Shown here: in pieces, positions 35,741 through 49,463 of the stretch | How positions within the stretch are numbered: position 1 is the stretch's first letter | Layout: each line of letters opens with the position of its first letter | Source of the DNA: Negaprion brevirostris | Lineage: Eukaryota | Direction: 5' to 3' | Length of the DNA stretch: 64,000 nucleotides | Assembly (NCBI GenBank): GCA_030324005.1 | Contig: JARDVH010000157.1 | Coordinates: 23,688,136 to 23,752,135 of the forward strand | Made by a program: the position numbers and the translations under genes | Notes under the pieces: model-generated | Databases searched by the model: none | Told to the model about the DNA's origin: nothing | What the model saw: only the letters and a program-made list of their open reading frames with translations

Positions 35741-38554
35741 TGGGGAGTTATGGAAACTGTTGGACTAAATTCTAACTGGATTTCACTGGCTGTAGATCGT
35801 TGTTCATCCTCTACATTAATTGCTGACTTCATGTTGATCACTAGTTGGTTTCCTGCAGGTACTGGGAGTGACTCAGGATGATCAGTTTTATTTCCTTTGT
35901 TCTTATAAGTAGCAGCCTGGAATGAAGTTAGATCCAGATGGTATGTGGCAAGGAAGGGGAATTCATCTGTACCGAGGATTAGACACAGGCTTTTGCCTTT
36001 GGGCTGTGCTCAAATTGAGATGGTACTGATGGTTGAATGTCTCCTTTGTCTCCTGGGCAGAATGGATGCTACAGGGATTGAGTTGGCTTGATTTAGTTTG
36101 GTTCCCAGTGAGCTTGGTAACGTAGCACAAAATCTCCCCTCACATGGCACCTTTTTACAATTAGACCACAAACTGGCTAGTTTGGCAAATGGAAAAGAAA
36201 GGGACAGTTACAGCACTTTGCTGAGATTAGAGCTAAGGCACATTTCTGAGACAGAACAGCAGGAGTCTTACCCTGGATCTAATTGCATTGTACCTGATGT
36301 GAGAGTGCTTAATACTGTTACTGTGAGTATCTGAAATGGAGAGGTGTTCTGTTTTTCGACAGTAACATTCTTAGCATTGATGAGTACAGAATTCACGTAT
36401 ACACACTTTCCTTCGACCTACATCTCAAGTAACCTTGTAGTTACTCAAAACATCAAATTAGCAGGAGCGCTTTTTCTAAGTGTTGGGAATCGGTGTTTCA
36501 ATCCTGAGCTGGAATACTGCTCAATCACTATTTTTACTAACAAAATGGCTTCTCTTGTTTTTCCACAAGGTGCTTCAGATGCTTACCATTCACACATACT
36601 GTATGAGTTGTTCTGCAATGTTTTCTGTAGGGAGTAAGTAATTCTGGTTTGGTTGTTCGGCCTCTCTCGTAAGAGGCGCCCATGGTATAATTAATGTTGC
36701 TCACTGCCAGCTCTTCTCTATGTGCCCAGACTATTGGAAACCATTATCTGACTTATGAGCCTCATTTTTTCCAAAGTTGAGTTTTCTCTCTTACTCCTGC
36801 AAAACTGAAATGAATGATGATAACAGTTTTTGTATTTATTTTTAAGAACTTTTGATATAAGATGAGGATTTTGTTGTTGAATCTGGGAATGGAGAACTTA
36901 AGAACATTTATTTCTAACTTTATGCTTATCATGATAATGTTAGGGAACTGAGCATCTTCCATTTTGGGCATCAGTGTTGTCACTCAGCACTAGATATAGT
37001 CAGGTTGACTGCAGTATAAAGCTTGCACAGCTCCTTTCATTTGACACCACTCTTGTCTTTAAGTCAAAAGAATGTGTTCAAGCCTTATGGGCTTGAGTAC
37101 ATTGCCCCAGATCATCTTGTTTCCGGATAGTTGGAGGCAGGATGTACATTCGGAGAAGTGTGCCAGAACTGTGCACAAGTCCTAAAGCACAGATCTGCGT
37201 GGGGATTGCCCAGGAAGTTTAAACTTCCGATGGGCTGATTCCCTGCTGCCTGAGATCCTTCACAAATGTTTCTGACCCTGAGCTCAGAGTGCAGTGTCAG
37301 ACCAGACATAAAGGACTTATCTGGATACTTACCCAGAAAATGTTAGACAGTTTAATACATGGTCTAACAGCTGTGTAACTGAACTGAGTGCCACACCAAC
37401 CTGCAGCTGCCTTTTAGCTTCTTGCAGGCTGCAGTCTGGAAATCCAAATGTTATGTCTTTGTCGTGATGGTGCCATGAAATGTCTGCGACATATTTGCTT
37501 TGACCCCCTTTACCTTCCCCCTACCCTTTCCACCATTTTCAGAGATGACATGTCGCGGGCAGGCCCTTCTTTACATGACACAAGTTGAATTGAGAGAGTT
37601 TTTTTACTGCACCTTGTCTGGATTGGGTTTCACTGAGAGTTGATATTGTTCTGTTAACCAGAGATGGTCTGTAGTTTGGGTAGCAGAGAATAAATATGGG
37701 GCAAGATTTGAGAGTAAATAACTTTCAAATTAAATGATTATTGATTCCATCTGTGTATTTATGTGAGCTACCCATGTATAATTCTGTGAAATGTTTTCGT
37801 TATGGAACACAAGGTGCCTTGCCCAAAGTTTCATGATAACATGTAGCCTTCAGTAATTTATGCAAACTATGGATATCAAGTCTCCAGGATTTTGCCAACT
37901 TGATATTTACATTCCAGAGTATAAAAAGCAGATAATATTCTGCTGTAGCCAACAAAATGGTATTACTCTGTGAACAGTATGCTTTGTCTGTATAGCGTGC
38001 AGGAAACAATACTTTTCGCTATATGCCAATACATATGACAAGGATAAATCAAATCAGGTTGGAGTAGAGAGAAAATAATTGCTGGTGTAATGAATTGCTT
38101 TGTATTTTGGTAATGTAGGAAGATGCATGTCTCCTATTGATGGCTGCTGTTTCTTCTAAGTGACATCTAGTATTTGACTGATATGACCAGTCATAAAAAT
38201 GCAGAAGGGAAAATATTGTCTTTTCAAATTGGGCTAATCTGCATTGCATTATTGCTTAGTTACGTTCTGGGTGATTTAATAAAGAGCTAATGTCCAGTAC
38301 TCCTTGTCCCAGAAGCTAACACCAATAAATCTGTACTTGTTCCAGCATGTTCTTGCCTGTACGGGGCAGGATGGTGTTTGATTATTTTGATCTCTGCCAA
38401 TGGAATAAGTAATTGTTAAAGAATATGCTGGATTCATTGCAGGATTCATGAGCTGAAGCAGTAATCCTTGGGATGAAAATCTTCCTCCTATACCAACCAA
38501 TCTTTTCTTGAAATCCCTATCTAGTTGCCCCAGACACAAGCAGGTGTGGATGAA

Positions 38555-39003
38555 AAATAGAAAGGCTTATATTTATATAGTACCTGTAATGATCATTGAA
38601 TATTCCAAAGCTTCATAAATCTAATCTAGTACTTTCTGAAGATTTGTCACTGTGTTATAATTTGGAAAACATGGCAGCCAGCTTGTGCACAGTAAATTCT
38701 GCAAACAGCAATGTGATGACGACCAGTTCTGGTCACGTTAACTGAGGAATAAATATTGGCCAGGCCATCGAGAAGAACTCTTCTACCCTTCTTCAAAATA
38801 GTGCTGTGGAATCTTTTATACCTACTCGATAGCACACAGAGAACCTTGGTTGAATGTTTCACCTGAAAGAGGGCATCTCTACAATGCGGCACCCCCTCAG
38901 TACGCACTGGAGTGTCAGCCTAGATTCTTGTGCTGAAACATGGTGTGCGACTTGAATTTGCAGCATTTTCACTCAGAAGTGAGAGTGCTACCAACTTGGC
39001 CAT
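38555..39003 (-). mobile_element. Near full-length SacSINE1/Deu-domain SINE
   Basis: Reverse complement has tRNA head, ggctgacactccagtgcgtactgaggg, cctggccaatatttattcctca, cacattgctgtttg and tail ctatataaatataagcctttct. Confidence 0.85.
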
Positions 39004-39079
39004 AACTGATGAATAGAAAGACAAAGAGTAACGAAACATCCCTGAAATTGCAAATGCAGATCTGTAACGCTATAAAAAA

Positions 39080-39345
39080 GTACATAAAATAAATAAATTT
39101 ATATAGCATCTTTTGTGACCAGCGGGCACCCCAAAGAGCTTTGCGGCCAATGAAGTACTCTTGCAGTCACTGTTGTAATATTGACAGCACAGTAACTAAT
39201 TTACATACAACAAACTTTCATAAACTATAGTATGATAGTGATCAAATGATCTGTTTTTGTGATGTTGATTGAGGGATAAGTCTCAGGGATAGCCCTCTTG
39301 CTCTTGTTTGAAGTGTGCCATGGATTTTTTTTTACATCCATCTGA
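39080..39345 (-). mobile_element. SacSINE1/Deu SINE 3' part
   Basis: Same tail and core motifs as 38555-39003. Confidence 0.7.
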
Positions 39346-39795
39346 GAGGATGTAGATGAAGTAGTAATAAATTCATACAAAACATTGGTTAGGCCACTGT
39401 TGGAGTAATGGTTGCATTTTGGGAACCTCATTCAAGTCACAGAAAACATAGTCTAGGCAAATTGCAGGTTAATGCTAGGAATGGAAGACTAGTTCTGTGA
39501 AGAGACTTGCGATACTGTGTCTATTTCCACTGGAGTAAGAAGGTTAAGAGTAGATTTAACTAAGCTTTTTAAAATAATAATAAAAAGTAGGAATGGAAAC
39601 TTTACCATAGGGATTGATTGAGACTAGAACCATTGCATCCATTTAAGCGAAATCTGATTTGATGTTTGAAATCGATAAAGATACAAAACCAAAGGCAGAG
39701 ACTAGAACGGTAGTGTTCTTTTGGGTTTCTCCAGCAGTGCTTCACCACAGATACATTGGGCCAAATGGTCATTTTCTTTGCTGTAAACACTTCTA
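39345..39795 (+). mobile_element. Old CR1 3' fragment
   Basis: tacaaaacattggttaggccactgttggagta (YKTLVRPLLE) and tgggccaaatggtc tail. Confidence 0.7.
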
Positions 39796-40039
39796 ATTAA
39801 TTCATGGAAGTAGCTGGACTGATGTTGGATTTAAAACTAACAATTTTTAAAAAGATGACTTAATGGCGGGTCAGTTCAGTAACACATTTGCTGTTATTGT
39901 AATATGTTTAAGTTATTTCAGAATGCAGGATAATTATTAGATGCGTGTAATGTCCTTGTGTTTAGAGGGATATTTTTATTTAAGTTGCTTTCATGTCGAG
40001 AGTTTTACAGTGAGTGAAGTGCTATCCCACATTAGCAAA

Positions 40040-40225
40040 AAAAAACAAAAGCTGGAATTACTGTATAATATCTGTGGAAAAAATAGTCAGTATGTCAAAG
40101 CTTCATGTTGAAAGACACCCTCCCCAGTCATCTGAAAAGTTGATGGATTTTTGTTTCTCTGCAGATGCAGTCTGACTTGACTATTTCCAGTTTTTATTGT
40201 TTCTGTTTTCAGATTTCTAACATCT
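40040..40225. repeat. Penelope-type palindrome family A, degenerate
   Basis: aaaaacaaaagctggaat... versus tgcagatgcagtctgacttgactatttccagttttt...ttttcagatttc. Confidence 0.55.
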
Positions 40226-43094
40226 GATTTTTAATAAAGAGAAGTTTGACTAACTAGCCAGCTAGGGTGTGGAGCAGAGCTGAGCATCGAAACTGGGAAG
40301 AAGATTTAATGTACTGAATATGAAACAGTGAACGTGAGTCCAGTTGCCCAGTAGATGTGATGGCTGGCTTCAGGTCAGATATCTTAAAGAGCAAGAACTG
40401 CACTGATGAGCCATGGACTGCAAAACAATTGAGGTTTTGGGCTTAGTAATGGCAAAACAGAGGACATACATCTAAGTGAATCCACTTTCTCAAAGAAGTT
40501 GGGAAGAACCACCTTTGAGATTAGTGTTGTTTTTACTGATCGTTAAGAGCCATCTGCATAAACTTGAATCAAAAATTGATCTATAAATCTATTCCTGGTT
40601 TCTAAAAGCCCCTTTATTTGTCACATGGTCAGTGAAGTGAATGAAATTTATAATAAACGTGATCAGTATTCTTGATAGAGCATTGCTTCACTTGTATTAC
40701 TGTGCATACAGTTGGTGAACTTTAGTGCTGATTAATGGAAAGAGGTCTGGGCTGGTGCATGGAAATGAAATATCGCTGAGTTCATACTTTTGAAGATCAT
40801 AATTTTATTTGTTGTAAAGATAACATGTTAAATGGGGTCCTCAATTCTTTTATTCTTACAGCCCCTGAAAACAAAAATCATTAATAGATTTTTTTAAAAG
40901 ATGGTCGTGGACTTTGCCTCAATTTTCCTGTTGTGCTTCACCCCAGCTTAAAATGCGAATCGAGTATTCTATCCTGACACAACCCAGGCTGCGCGGTGTC
41001 TACTGTTTGAGACACTGGTAATACTTGGATATTGGAAAAGCAGTTCTTGTGGATATACCAATAATGCATCAGAAAACTCAATTAGCTGTCTTTCTGGTGA
41101 GTGGGGCTGAAGAGTAAAGGCTCAGCTGTCCTGAGCTTTGATATGGAAGATATAAGTCTGTGCAAAATGCAGCTGAGATAATCATGCATGTCTGATCTCT
41201 GTCTTTCTCTTTCGGCATTCCTTTGTAGAGAAAAATTTTAAGATTGGGCTCAATGATTGCAGGCCCACTGATGACAGACTCTCCCACGGTGGGTGGCCAA
41301 TGTAACCTGTCCAGTAGTTAACTTTGCAGAAGGAAAGCCTCTGTTGATGTTGTTAGCTGTTTCCAGGACTTCAGTGTTTGTGATGCAGTCCTGCCCACAA
41401 AATCTTGAGGATGCTATGGAGGCAGTGCTGATGGAAGCACTCTAGAAAGCGTACCTGACTGTGGTATGGGACCCATGACTTGGCGCCAAATCCAGTACTG
41501 TCTTGGCGTTAGATTCAGGTTCACCTGGGATAATATCGCTTTAAGCAGAGCTTGCAGTTAGTTGTCAAATATTTGCTAGTGTTGCCATACTTGCTCAAGT
41601 AATTCCTTTGCCTCCAAGTGGAACCTTTTCATCGGTTGCTCATGTTTGGTAAGAATAGGGTAAATGTGATGAGTAAATATAATTAAGCGCATCAGCCTCA
41701 ATGTCCTTGATTCATTGGCTCCTGAATTGAAATTTCTGTAACCTTTTTCACATGGGAATTATTAACAATTTGCACACCTGGGGAGGTATTTATCTGGCTT
41801 CACGAAAATGTAATCTCACATGATGACTTTTAGTTTAATTAGCTGAGTTTGTAAGATTAACTCTGCCTATAATTATATCTGGAAACAGGTGGCTTCAAGT
41901 AATTAGATTTCAAAAGTGAAGCACCTTGTAAAAATGAATCTTCAGGAATCTTGATGTTTCATTGTGTGCTGAAGATGTGATCCTTTCATGTGAATTATCA
42001 ATTTGACATATAGTTCACTTTCCACTCTTGAAACCTATTTGGGCTGATTATGGCAATTCACTTTCCTGAGAGGTTTGAGATCATTCTCATTTACAGCTCT
42101 AGAACCAAGCAAGTAAAATTGTACTTTACGTTTAAGGAAAAAACAACCCATCTGTCCTGTCCCATTTGCCTTGGGCGTGAATGCAAAAGAGGCAAGCACT
42201 GAGGCAATGAAACTGCTTTATCAGTACTGGCTAAAGTGAACTGCCAAGCTGGTAATCTGATGTTGGATTTGTAGACTTTGAGCATGTGTAGGACCATAGA
42301 GTGACCACAGAAGGGGCTTGCAAAAACTGATTATTTGAAATCTGTTGGCATTCATTTATAAAACTCCTTTCTCTTCAGTTTTTTGCCTCATTGATTGATC
42401 TGAGATATCTCTACATCAGATTAAAGTCAGCAAGCTAGTTCCCAATTTCAAGTGGCTTGATAACTACTTCAGCTTCACTCTTATAAGGCACTTTCATATT
42501 CCGATTGTCACTGTCCCCATTAAACTTTCACTGGTAAACAAAAGGACTTGGCACGTCCAGTGGCTATTCCTCAGACCCGCATGAACGAGAAACAGTTACG
42601 CTTGTATTACTAACCATGAGTATTGAATATCGAACCACATGTCTGCAGCTGATTGCCGTTTTAAAAAAGAGCTTTATAAGCACCTGTGGTTCCAGTTAAT
42701 GAAGTTTATTCCTTTTACATTGGGAACCATACAGCATAATGGATTAGACATTGGTTGTTTAATTATTGGGACTGAGTTCAGCTGCAGTTAATTAATTGGA
42801 AAGCACCTTTTCCATGTTTTGGAATAATTGGATAACTCAGTTCCTGTAGGATATGGCTCCACAGTACAAATTGACAGCCACAAGAAAGATTGGTGTGGGA
42901 ACTAGAAAGTGCACCAAATGTGAAATTTCTGACTGCTTTGGAATAGCAGTACTTACAATAAAAACTCATTCTACCTGTTTGTTTTCCCTATTCCTGCCCC
43001 AACAATACCATTGAGATTTCCTTTTGAAGAACATTTTTGTTTAGTAGAGATTCCTGGGTTTTATTTTGTAAAGTGAATTAGGCACTGTGAAACA

Positions 43095-44005
43095 TTCTTT
43101 CGTAGGATGTGGGAGTGGCTGTAAAGCCAGCATTTATTGCCCATCCCTAATTGCCCCTAAGAAAATGGCGAGGAGACAGCTTCTTGAACTGCTGCAGCCG
43201 ATTCGATGCAGACATATCCACAGTGCTGTTGGGAAGAGTGTTCCAGGAATTTGATCCCATAACACTGAAGGAATGGCAATAAAGTTCCAAGTTAGGATGC
43301 TGTGTGGCTTGGCGAGGAACATGTAAGTGGGATGTTCCCATGCATCTGCTGCCTTGTTCTTCTAGATAAGTGGTTGGATGTTTGGAAGGTGCTGCTGAAG
43401 GAGGCTTGGTGAGTTGCCGCTGTGCATCTTATATATGGAATATATTGTGTTGGTAATGGAGAAAGCGAATACTTAAAAGTGATGGATCCGTTGCAGATCA
43501 AGTGAGCTGTTTTGTCCTGAGTGATGCCGATCTCCTTGCGTATCATCGGAGCAATGCTCATCCAGGCAAGTGGAGAGTATACTGTTATACTCCTGAGTTA
43601 TGCCTTATTAATGTAGGACAAGCTTTGGGGAGTCTGAAATTGAGTTACTCACTGTAAAATTCTCAGCCTCTGACCTACATTATTTGTGGCTATTCTAGTT
43701 CACTTTCTGGTCAATGGTAATCCTCAGAATGTTGAGAGTGGGAGGTCCAATGAAGGAAATGCCATTGAATATCAATGCAAGATGACTAGATCCTCAATTA
43801 TTTGAGATTGTCATTGCCTGACACTTGTGTGGCATGAATGTTACTTGCCATTGTCAATCCAGCCTAAGTATTGTCCAGGTCTTGATGCATATTGGTATGA
43901 AATGCTTCCTGATTTGTGGAGTTGTAAATGGTACGGAACATTGTGCAGTCATCAGTGATTATCCCTACTTTTGACCTTACATAAGGGCGGCCATTGATGA
44001 ATACG
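43095..44005 (-). mobile_element. CR1/L2-superfamily LINE 3' fragment
   Basis: Decayed RT C-terminus and tail ggggcaattagggatgggcaataaatgctgg...cccacatcc on the minus strand. Confidence 0.8.
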
Positions 44006-44559
44006 TTCTGTTCGTGTTATTTGTGGTCCCTGGGTGCAGCGTTCATGCACTCAAAAGCACTTCGTACTACGTGGACTTTTTTTTAAACCATCTGTTCTTA
44101 GTAAAGGAAGGACTTACCTGGATTTAGAAGTGTGTGTGTGTATATGCGGTGCAACACGATTTCAGATACACATCTTGTTGTAACTTGTTTGTGGTACAAC
44201 TCCCGAAGTAACAGTTAATCAACCAGAAAATGACATAGCACTTTGAGTATGTACGTGTGCTGTTTGGTTAAAATGGGCATTCCCTTCTTGGAACTTTTCA
44301 CTCATTGCTTTTGCACCAGAGTGCACCTGAAACAAATAACAGCAGTTGTGGCCAGAATTCACTCCTCTACCAGCCATCAATTGGGTGGGAAAATAAAGCT
44401 TAAATATTACATTTCACGATGTCAGTGATCTCACTAGAAAGTCAGTGAAATATAATATGTATGCAAATATTTCATATAACTGCCCATGAGCAAAATAAAA
44501 GATTATCTTATGACTGTCCATTTACTTTCACATGCTAGCTTTTATCAACTTGAGATTTG

Positions 44560-44995
44560 AACTCTCTAATGCCTCGCTGGCCTCCAGAGTTCTACACCAC
44601 ATAAACTGCAGCTTGTCTGAAATTTTTCCTCCATTTCTTACTTTCCCCAAATTCAATTCCTGTCATCCCTTATCAACTCTGATGGTTTCCTATCTCTCCA
44701 AACATTGAATTCAAGATTCCTGTTCCCATTTGCAAATCCTCTTTATCTCTACAACCAATTATAGTTGATGCTTCAGCTCTGGCTCTGGTCGTTTTTACAT
44801 TTTTTTTTAGCATAATCTTCATCTGTCTCAGTTCTACACTGTGGAGCACTCTTCCTAAACCTTTCCACTAAATTGCTCTCCCTCCAGTTTCAAAAATCTT
44901 AAAACATTATGATCTGGCTTTTGTCACCCCTTCCAACACTAGAGTTATATTTTCCACCTTTTCTGACAATATCAATGCTATATAAATGTAAACTG
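44560..44995 (+). mobile_element. L2-like LINE 3' fragment
   Basis: Pyrimidine-rich L2 end (actctctaatgcctcgctggcctcc...ctgtggagcactcttcct...gctatataaatgta). Confidence 0.6.
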
Positions 44996-46676
44996 ACACT
45001 GTTCCTCATTTTCCATTCTCTGTATTTTGATATTTCTCCTTTTCAAATTTTGATTTATTTTTGATTTTCCTTATTTGAGAATTTTCTTTGAGAATTTCCT
45101 TGACTGCTTCTAGTCAATAGCTCCATCCCTCTTTGTTTCTGCTTGTCTGTGGAATTCTTTCACATATTAGATTGAACCATTTAACTGTGACATACTGTAA
45201 ATATTAAATCATTCATCATCTGAATTTCAAAAGAAATCAATTTTACTGAGTTAAGCAGATCTTGTTAAGGGAGACTTTTACAATTACTGAATGCAGGCAG
45301 TCCTCGACTATACAGAGNNNNNNNNNNNNNNNNNNNNNNNNNNNNNNNNNNNNNNNNNNNNGCCAATCTCGAACAACCAAGAGCAGCCCAAGTACAACCC
45401 ATCGCGTGTATGCCCCGTTGGACACAAGGCGGACTGTAACTAGACAGGATGAACAGTATTAGGTTGAAAACAAGTGTTTTATTCTGCTAAAGCTTTTAGG
45501 TGCAACTATCACAATTTTAATGCATTTGGAAGCTTATGTTGTATTTAGTGTGCACTCTCACTCGCAGAAGTTCAAAGTTAAACATGCAGCTGACAGAGAT
45601 TGAATTGTTTCATTATATCCTGCACACTAACCAAGTTGCCTGTGCTCAGGTGTGCAGGTACCAACACCTCAGCGACTTGACAGGGTGAAAGTTGAGAGCA
45701 TTTTACACTGCCAAGCGCCCCATGTGATTTCTGTCCTTAGTTCAGGAACCAGTCCCCCATTTGTACCATCGTTCCTATGAGAAAAGCAGCTCTGACTTGC
45801 ACCATTTCAACTTAGCATGTAGTTTTCAGGAACCAATTGTGTCATAAATCCAAGGACAGCCTGCACTCCAATATCTGTAACTCTTGAAGGTTGACTGTTG
45901 GAAACAAAATATTGTACACTTCTCGTGAAACTGCTCATTTTGATGGGGTAAATGCTTTTCTTCTGCCTGAGAGTCGGGATTTCTGTGATCTTCAACTTTT
46001 CCAACCATGGCTTCTCCCCAGTTAATGGCCTACTGTAGATATAGTCAAGACTTGAGATAAAGGACCAATCTAGCCCTGCGTTGGCCAGAGTGGGAATAAC
46101 AAAACTCAGAAATGGAGAGCCTTGTTGCAGAAGGCGAAAGACCCGTATCAGCTGTGGCAGCAAGAAAATAACTAGCCTGATCAAAAATGCATGGATACTT
46201 GTGTGGTTACAGTGGAACAAGGCACATTAGACAGGACAAAAAGTCAATTAAAATGAATTGAATAGCTAAATGACTTGTGAAAAAATGCCCAGTTTTATAA
46301 TTTTACATTTTGTTCCCTCCAGTTTCTTTTTGGAGAGGATGTTTTGAGCTGTTTATGCAATGAAAATGAAATTACCAGTAACTTTGAGGTTGAATTAAAT
46401 ATATTACACACTGGGCATAATATAATTCTGGTTATTTTCCTTTTTAGTGTATAGTGTGAATAAGCTTAAGCCCTGTGGCAACACAATTTGTTAACAATTT
46501 ACCTAGATTCTGCAACTCTATTACCAGAGTGATTTATTTACAGTTGGGGAGATTAGTGAAATGCTTTGCAGTCACCTTGAGATTTAATAAAAAGTTAGTT
46601 TTGTTTATTGAGGTGTATTATTTTCTGACATGTTTCCTGAACTGGATTGTAACCTTCTGTTTCTTCTTTCTTTTAG

Positions 46677-46911
46677 AATAAGCCTGCTTTCTCCAATCAA
46701 GTGATTTCTGAGTTTAGGAATTGTCTGCAGTGTGGCTTCTCTTTTGGGAGTGAAACACCTATTNNNNNNNNNNNNNNNNNNNNNNNNNNNNNNNNNNNNN
46801 NNNNNNNNNNNNNNNNNNNNNNNNNNNNNNNNNNNNNNNNNNNNNNNNNNNNNNNNNNNNNNNTATTGTGTGGATTACAAACTCTATCTGGTGGAGGAGT
46901 GACTCAGCACA
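46677..46911 (+). other. FOXJ3: Probable 5' UTR portion of the ATG-containing FOXJ3 exon
   Basis: Strong polypyrimidine acceptor ttctgtttcttctttcttttag| ending at 46676. No ATG in the visible sequence before 46912. Interrupted by a 100-N gap. Confidence 0.55.
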
Positions 46912-47229
46912 ATGACGTCAGAGCTGGAGAGCAGCCTGACATCCATGGATTGGCTGCCACAGCTGACGATGAGGGCAGCCATTCAAAAAGCGGATGCTGC
47001 CCAGAATGTAGCTGGCGGTGGGGTTGCAAAGAAAACCCCACTTCTGGACCCGAACACTACCCTGGACCAGGATGCACAGAACAAAGATGGCAAGCCACCA
47101 TACAGTTATGCCAGCCTCATCACTTTTGCCATCAACAGCTCCCCGAAAAAGAAGATGACACTCAGTGAGATTTACCAATGGATCTGTGACAACTTCCCGT
47201 ATTACAGAGAAGCTGGCAGTGGCTGGAAG
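46912..47229 (+). CDS. FOXJ3: Forkhead box protein J3, first coding exon (N-terminus and first half of forkhead domain)
   Basis: Translates [26 protein letters not shown]...[10 protein letters not shown]...[48 protein letters not shown], matching vertebrate FOXJ3 as I recall it (more than FOXJ2). ATG has A at -3 and an in-frame TGA at 46900-46902. Ends at canonical donor AAG|GTAAGT, phase 0. Confidence 0.95.
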
Positions 47230-48249
47230 GTAAGTTAAAATGCTGGGTACTGTCTATAATTTAAACTTAGCTGAAGTAAGGTTAAACGACACCACTCTCA
47301 GCTCCCCTGATGTCCGACAGGGCAAAGCCATTGTGTATTTTAACAGTGGGCCAGAGAAAAAGACAACTTGGTGTGAAAGGTTGCATGTAAATTCTTCCGG
47401 GTGCCTTTCACCAACCAGTGAAGTACATTTAAAGTGTAATCAGTCATGTAACATAGACATGATAACTAATTTGTGCAAAAGATCCTATAAAAGTAATCAA
47501 ATAAATAAGATAATGTGATTTAGTGGTTCGATTGAGAGATGCACGTTGTTCAAGAGAGGCAGGCTATGTCCCTTTCCCTTTGGATAGCTCCACTTGTGGG
47601 GAGGGGAGGTGCACATGCTTTGCTTTAACATTTCAGCTGAATCTCAGTTTGTCCTTCAGTGCATCACTCCCTCAGTATTGTATGAGTTGCCGACTAGCTT
47701 TGTGTCTAAGACTCTGGAGTGGGTTTTGAGCTGAATGATTTGGTGAGTCAAAGACAGGAATGCTATCATTGATCCAAGGTTGATACTGAAAAGGAGAAAA
47801 AAAATCAGCCAAGGTTCCTCATTCTGCTTGCAATCCAACTGGAAATTGACTGTGTGAACACTAGCTGAGAATTGGAGTCAGCTTTGTTATGGTGCCTGCC
47901 TCTCACTCTGTCGATTCATAGTTAATTAATATCTGTGCCAACTTGTGACGTAACCACTTGGACAATGTGCTAGAGGTGTTCAGTGCAGCAATTTTGCACC
48001 AAGCTACCACACTTGGGGAAGAAAATTGGATTGCCCCCAAAGAAGGCATTGAATTCTGGGGATGGATTTGAATTAAGGTTTAGTCACCTTACCCCAATGT
48101 GGTCTAGCATTTAAATAAAGGGAGATTTAGAACTGTGATTTAATGAGGTAAGTTGTTTTAATTATAGATGCTGAAAATCAGCAACAGCTGCACTTTGTGC
48201 TTGTAGCATATTCAGAATCTCCCAAGGCTCTTCTGTGGAGCATAATCAG

Positions 48250-48470
48250 ACATAAGAACATAAGAAATAGGAGCAGNNNNNNNNNNNNNNNNNNNNNNNN
48301 NNNNNNNNNNNNNNNNNNNNNNNNNNNNNNNNNNNNNNNNNNNNNNNNNNNNNNNNNNNNNNNNNNNNNNNNNNNNCCCCCTCTCATCCTCTAAGGGTCC
48401 AACGTTCACCCTAGCCAGCCTCTTCCTTTTCATATATTTATAAAAACTCTTGCTATCCTTTTTTATATCA
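48250..48470 (-). mobile_element. CR1 fragment spanning an N gap
   Basis: cataagaacataagaaataggagcag tail and DSKSFYKYMKRKRLARVNVGPLEDE. Confidence 0.85.
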
Positions 48471-48784
48471 AAATTAACACTAAAAGATGAGATATTGGGA
48501 TGGTAACTAGAAGCATGGTTAGAGTTACGTTTAAAAAGAGCAGGAACTGTCATCTGGGGTTGGAATTAATAAATGATAGTCAAAGCTTGTTTGTATTTGA
48601 AAGAGAAAGTTAAGACCCTTCTTTGTGAACACTATTTACAGCCATTCAATTTCTTTTAAATGATTTTATTCTCTCAAATAAATTGTTGTCCAGGATACTC
48701 TGAGACGTTTTTAGACAAATAAATGTCATCTTAATCCTCATTACTTAATTTCAGAATGCTGATTTAGAATTGATCCCTTCTTTT

Positions 48785-49463
48785 GGGTGCAATTTTACAC
48801 CAATGTTCACCGTCAGCAGGAACAGTGATACAGATGCAAAACATCGCAAGTGAGGAAATGAGATCCTCGCTGCAAGATCTCATTCTCAATTTTCTCTGCC
48901 CCTTGGTAGTGACGTGGTGGGGCTGCCACCCTGTAATGAGGGTGGGAGCTCCATTTTAATAAATTTCACTAAATTTGAATATGATGAAAGGGCTTCCTAG
49001 TCATACGTTCCTCCTCACTAAATATTCATACTTCAGTAGTGTGACACTAGTTGATGAGGTTAACAACAGCTTTTTAAGAATGTGAAGCTGTGGAAGGGAA
49101 CCTGCCGGGGGTGCCAAGGTAAGGCAGCGCTTGCCTATGCCAGCATGCAGTACTGGGGGTTGGTCCTCTGGGATCGTAATTTGGAGGTGGGTTTCCATTA
49201 TGTGTAATGGGGTGGGGGGAAAGAACATGGTATGGGGGGGACCTATCATGGCGGTGGGGAGGGTTCTTCGTCCCTTTAAAGGTGGTGGCTCAACAGGCTC
49301 CACCCCAGACTGCTGCCATAAGCCCCATGTGCGCGCGCACACACACACACCCCCCCCATTGTTTTGTCAGAGTGGGTCAAGATTTGGTCTGAACGTTTAG
49401 CAGTGCATCTGAAAGCTTTCAGTCAGAGCCTGATACTCTGACAAATATTCGGAAAATTCCATC
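48785..49463. mobile_element. Non-autonomous DNA transposon relic, possibly PIF/Harbinger-like
   Basis: GC-richer segment bounded by imperfect inverted ends gggtgcaattttac / ggaaaattccatc. Confidence 0.45.

Noticed and set aside
1-46600. FOXJ3 promoter or upstream exons; other short ORFs in the track
   Set aside because: No CpG island or convincing exon seen. The short ORFs are repeat-derived or have no recognisable homology.
46701-47178. Alternative-frame and antisense ORFs over the FOXJ3 exon
   Set aside because: Shadows of the real exon; one is inflated by an N gap.
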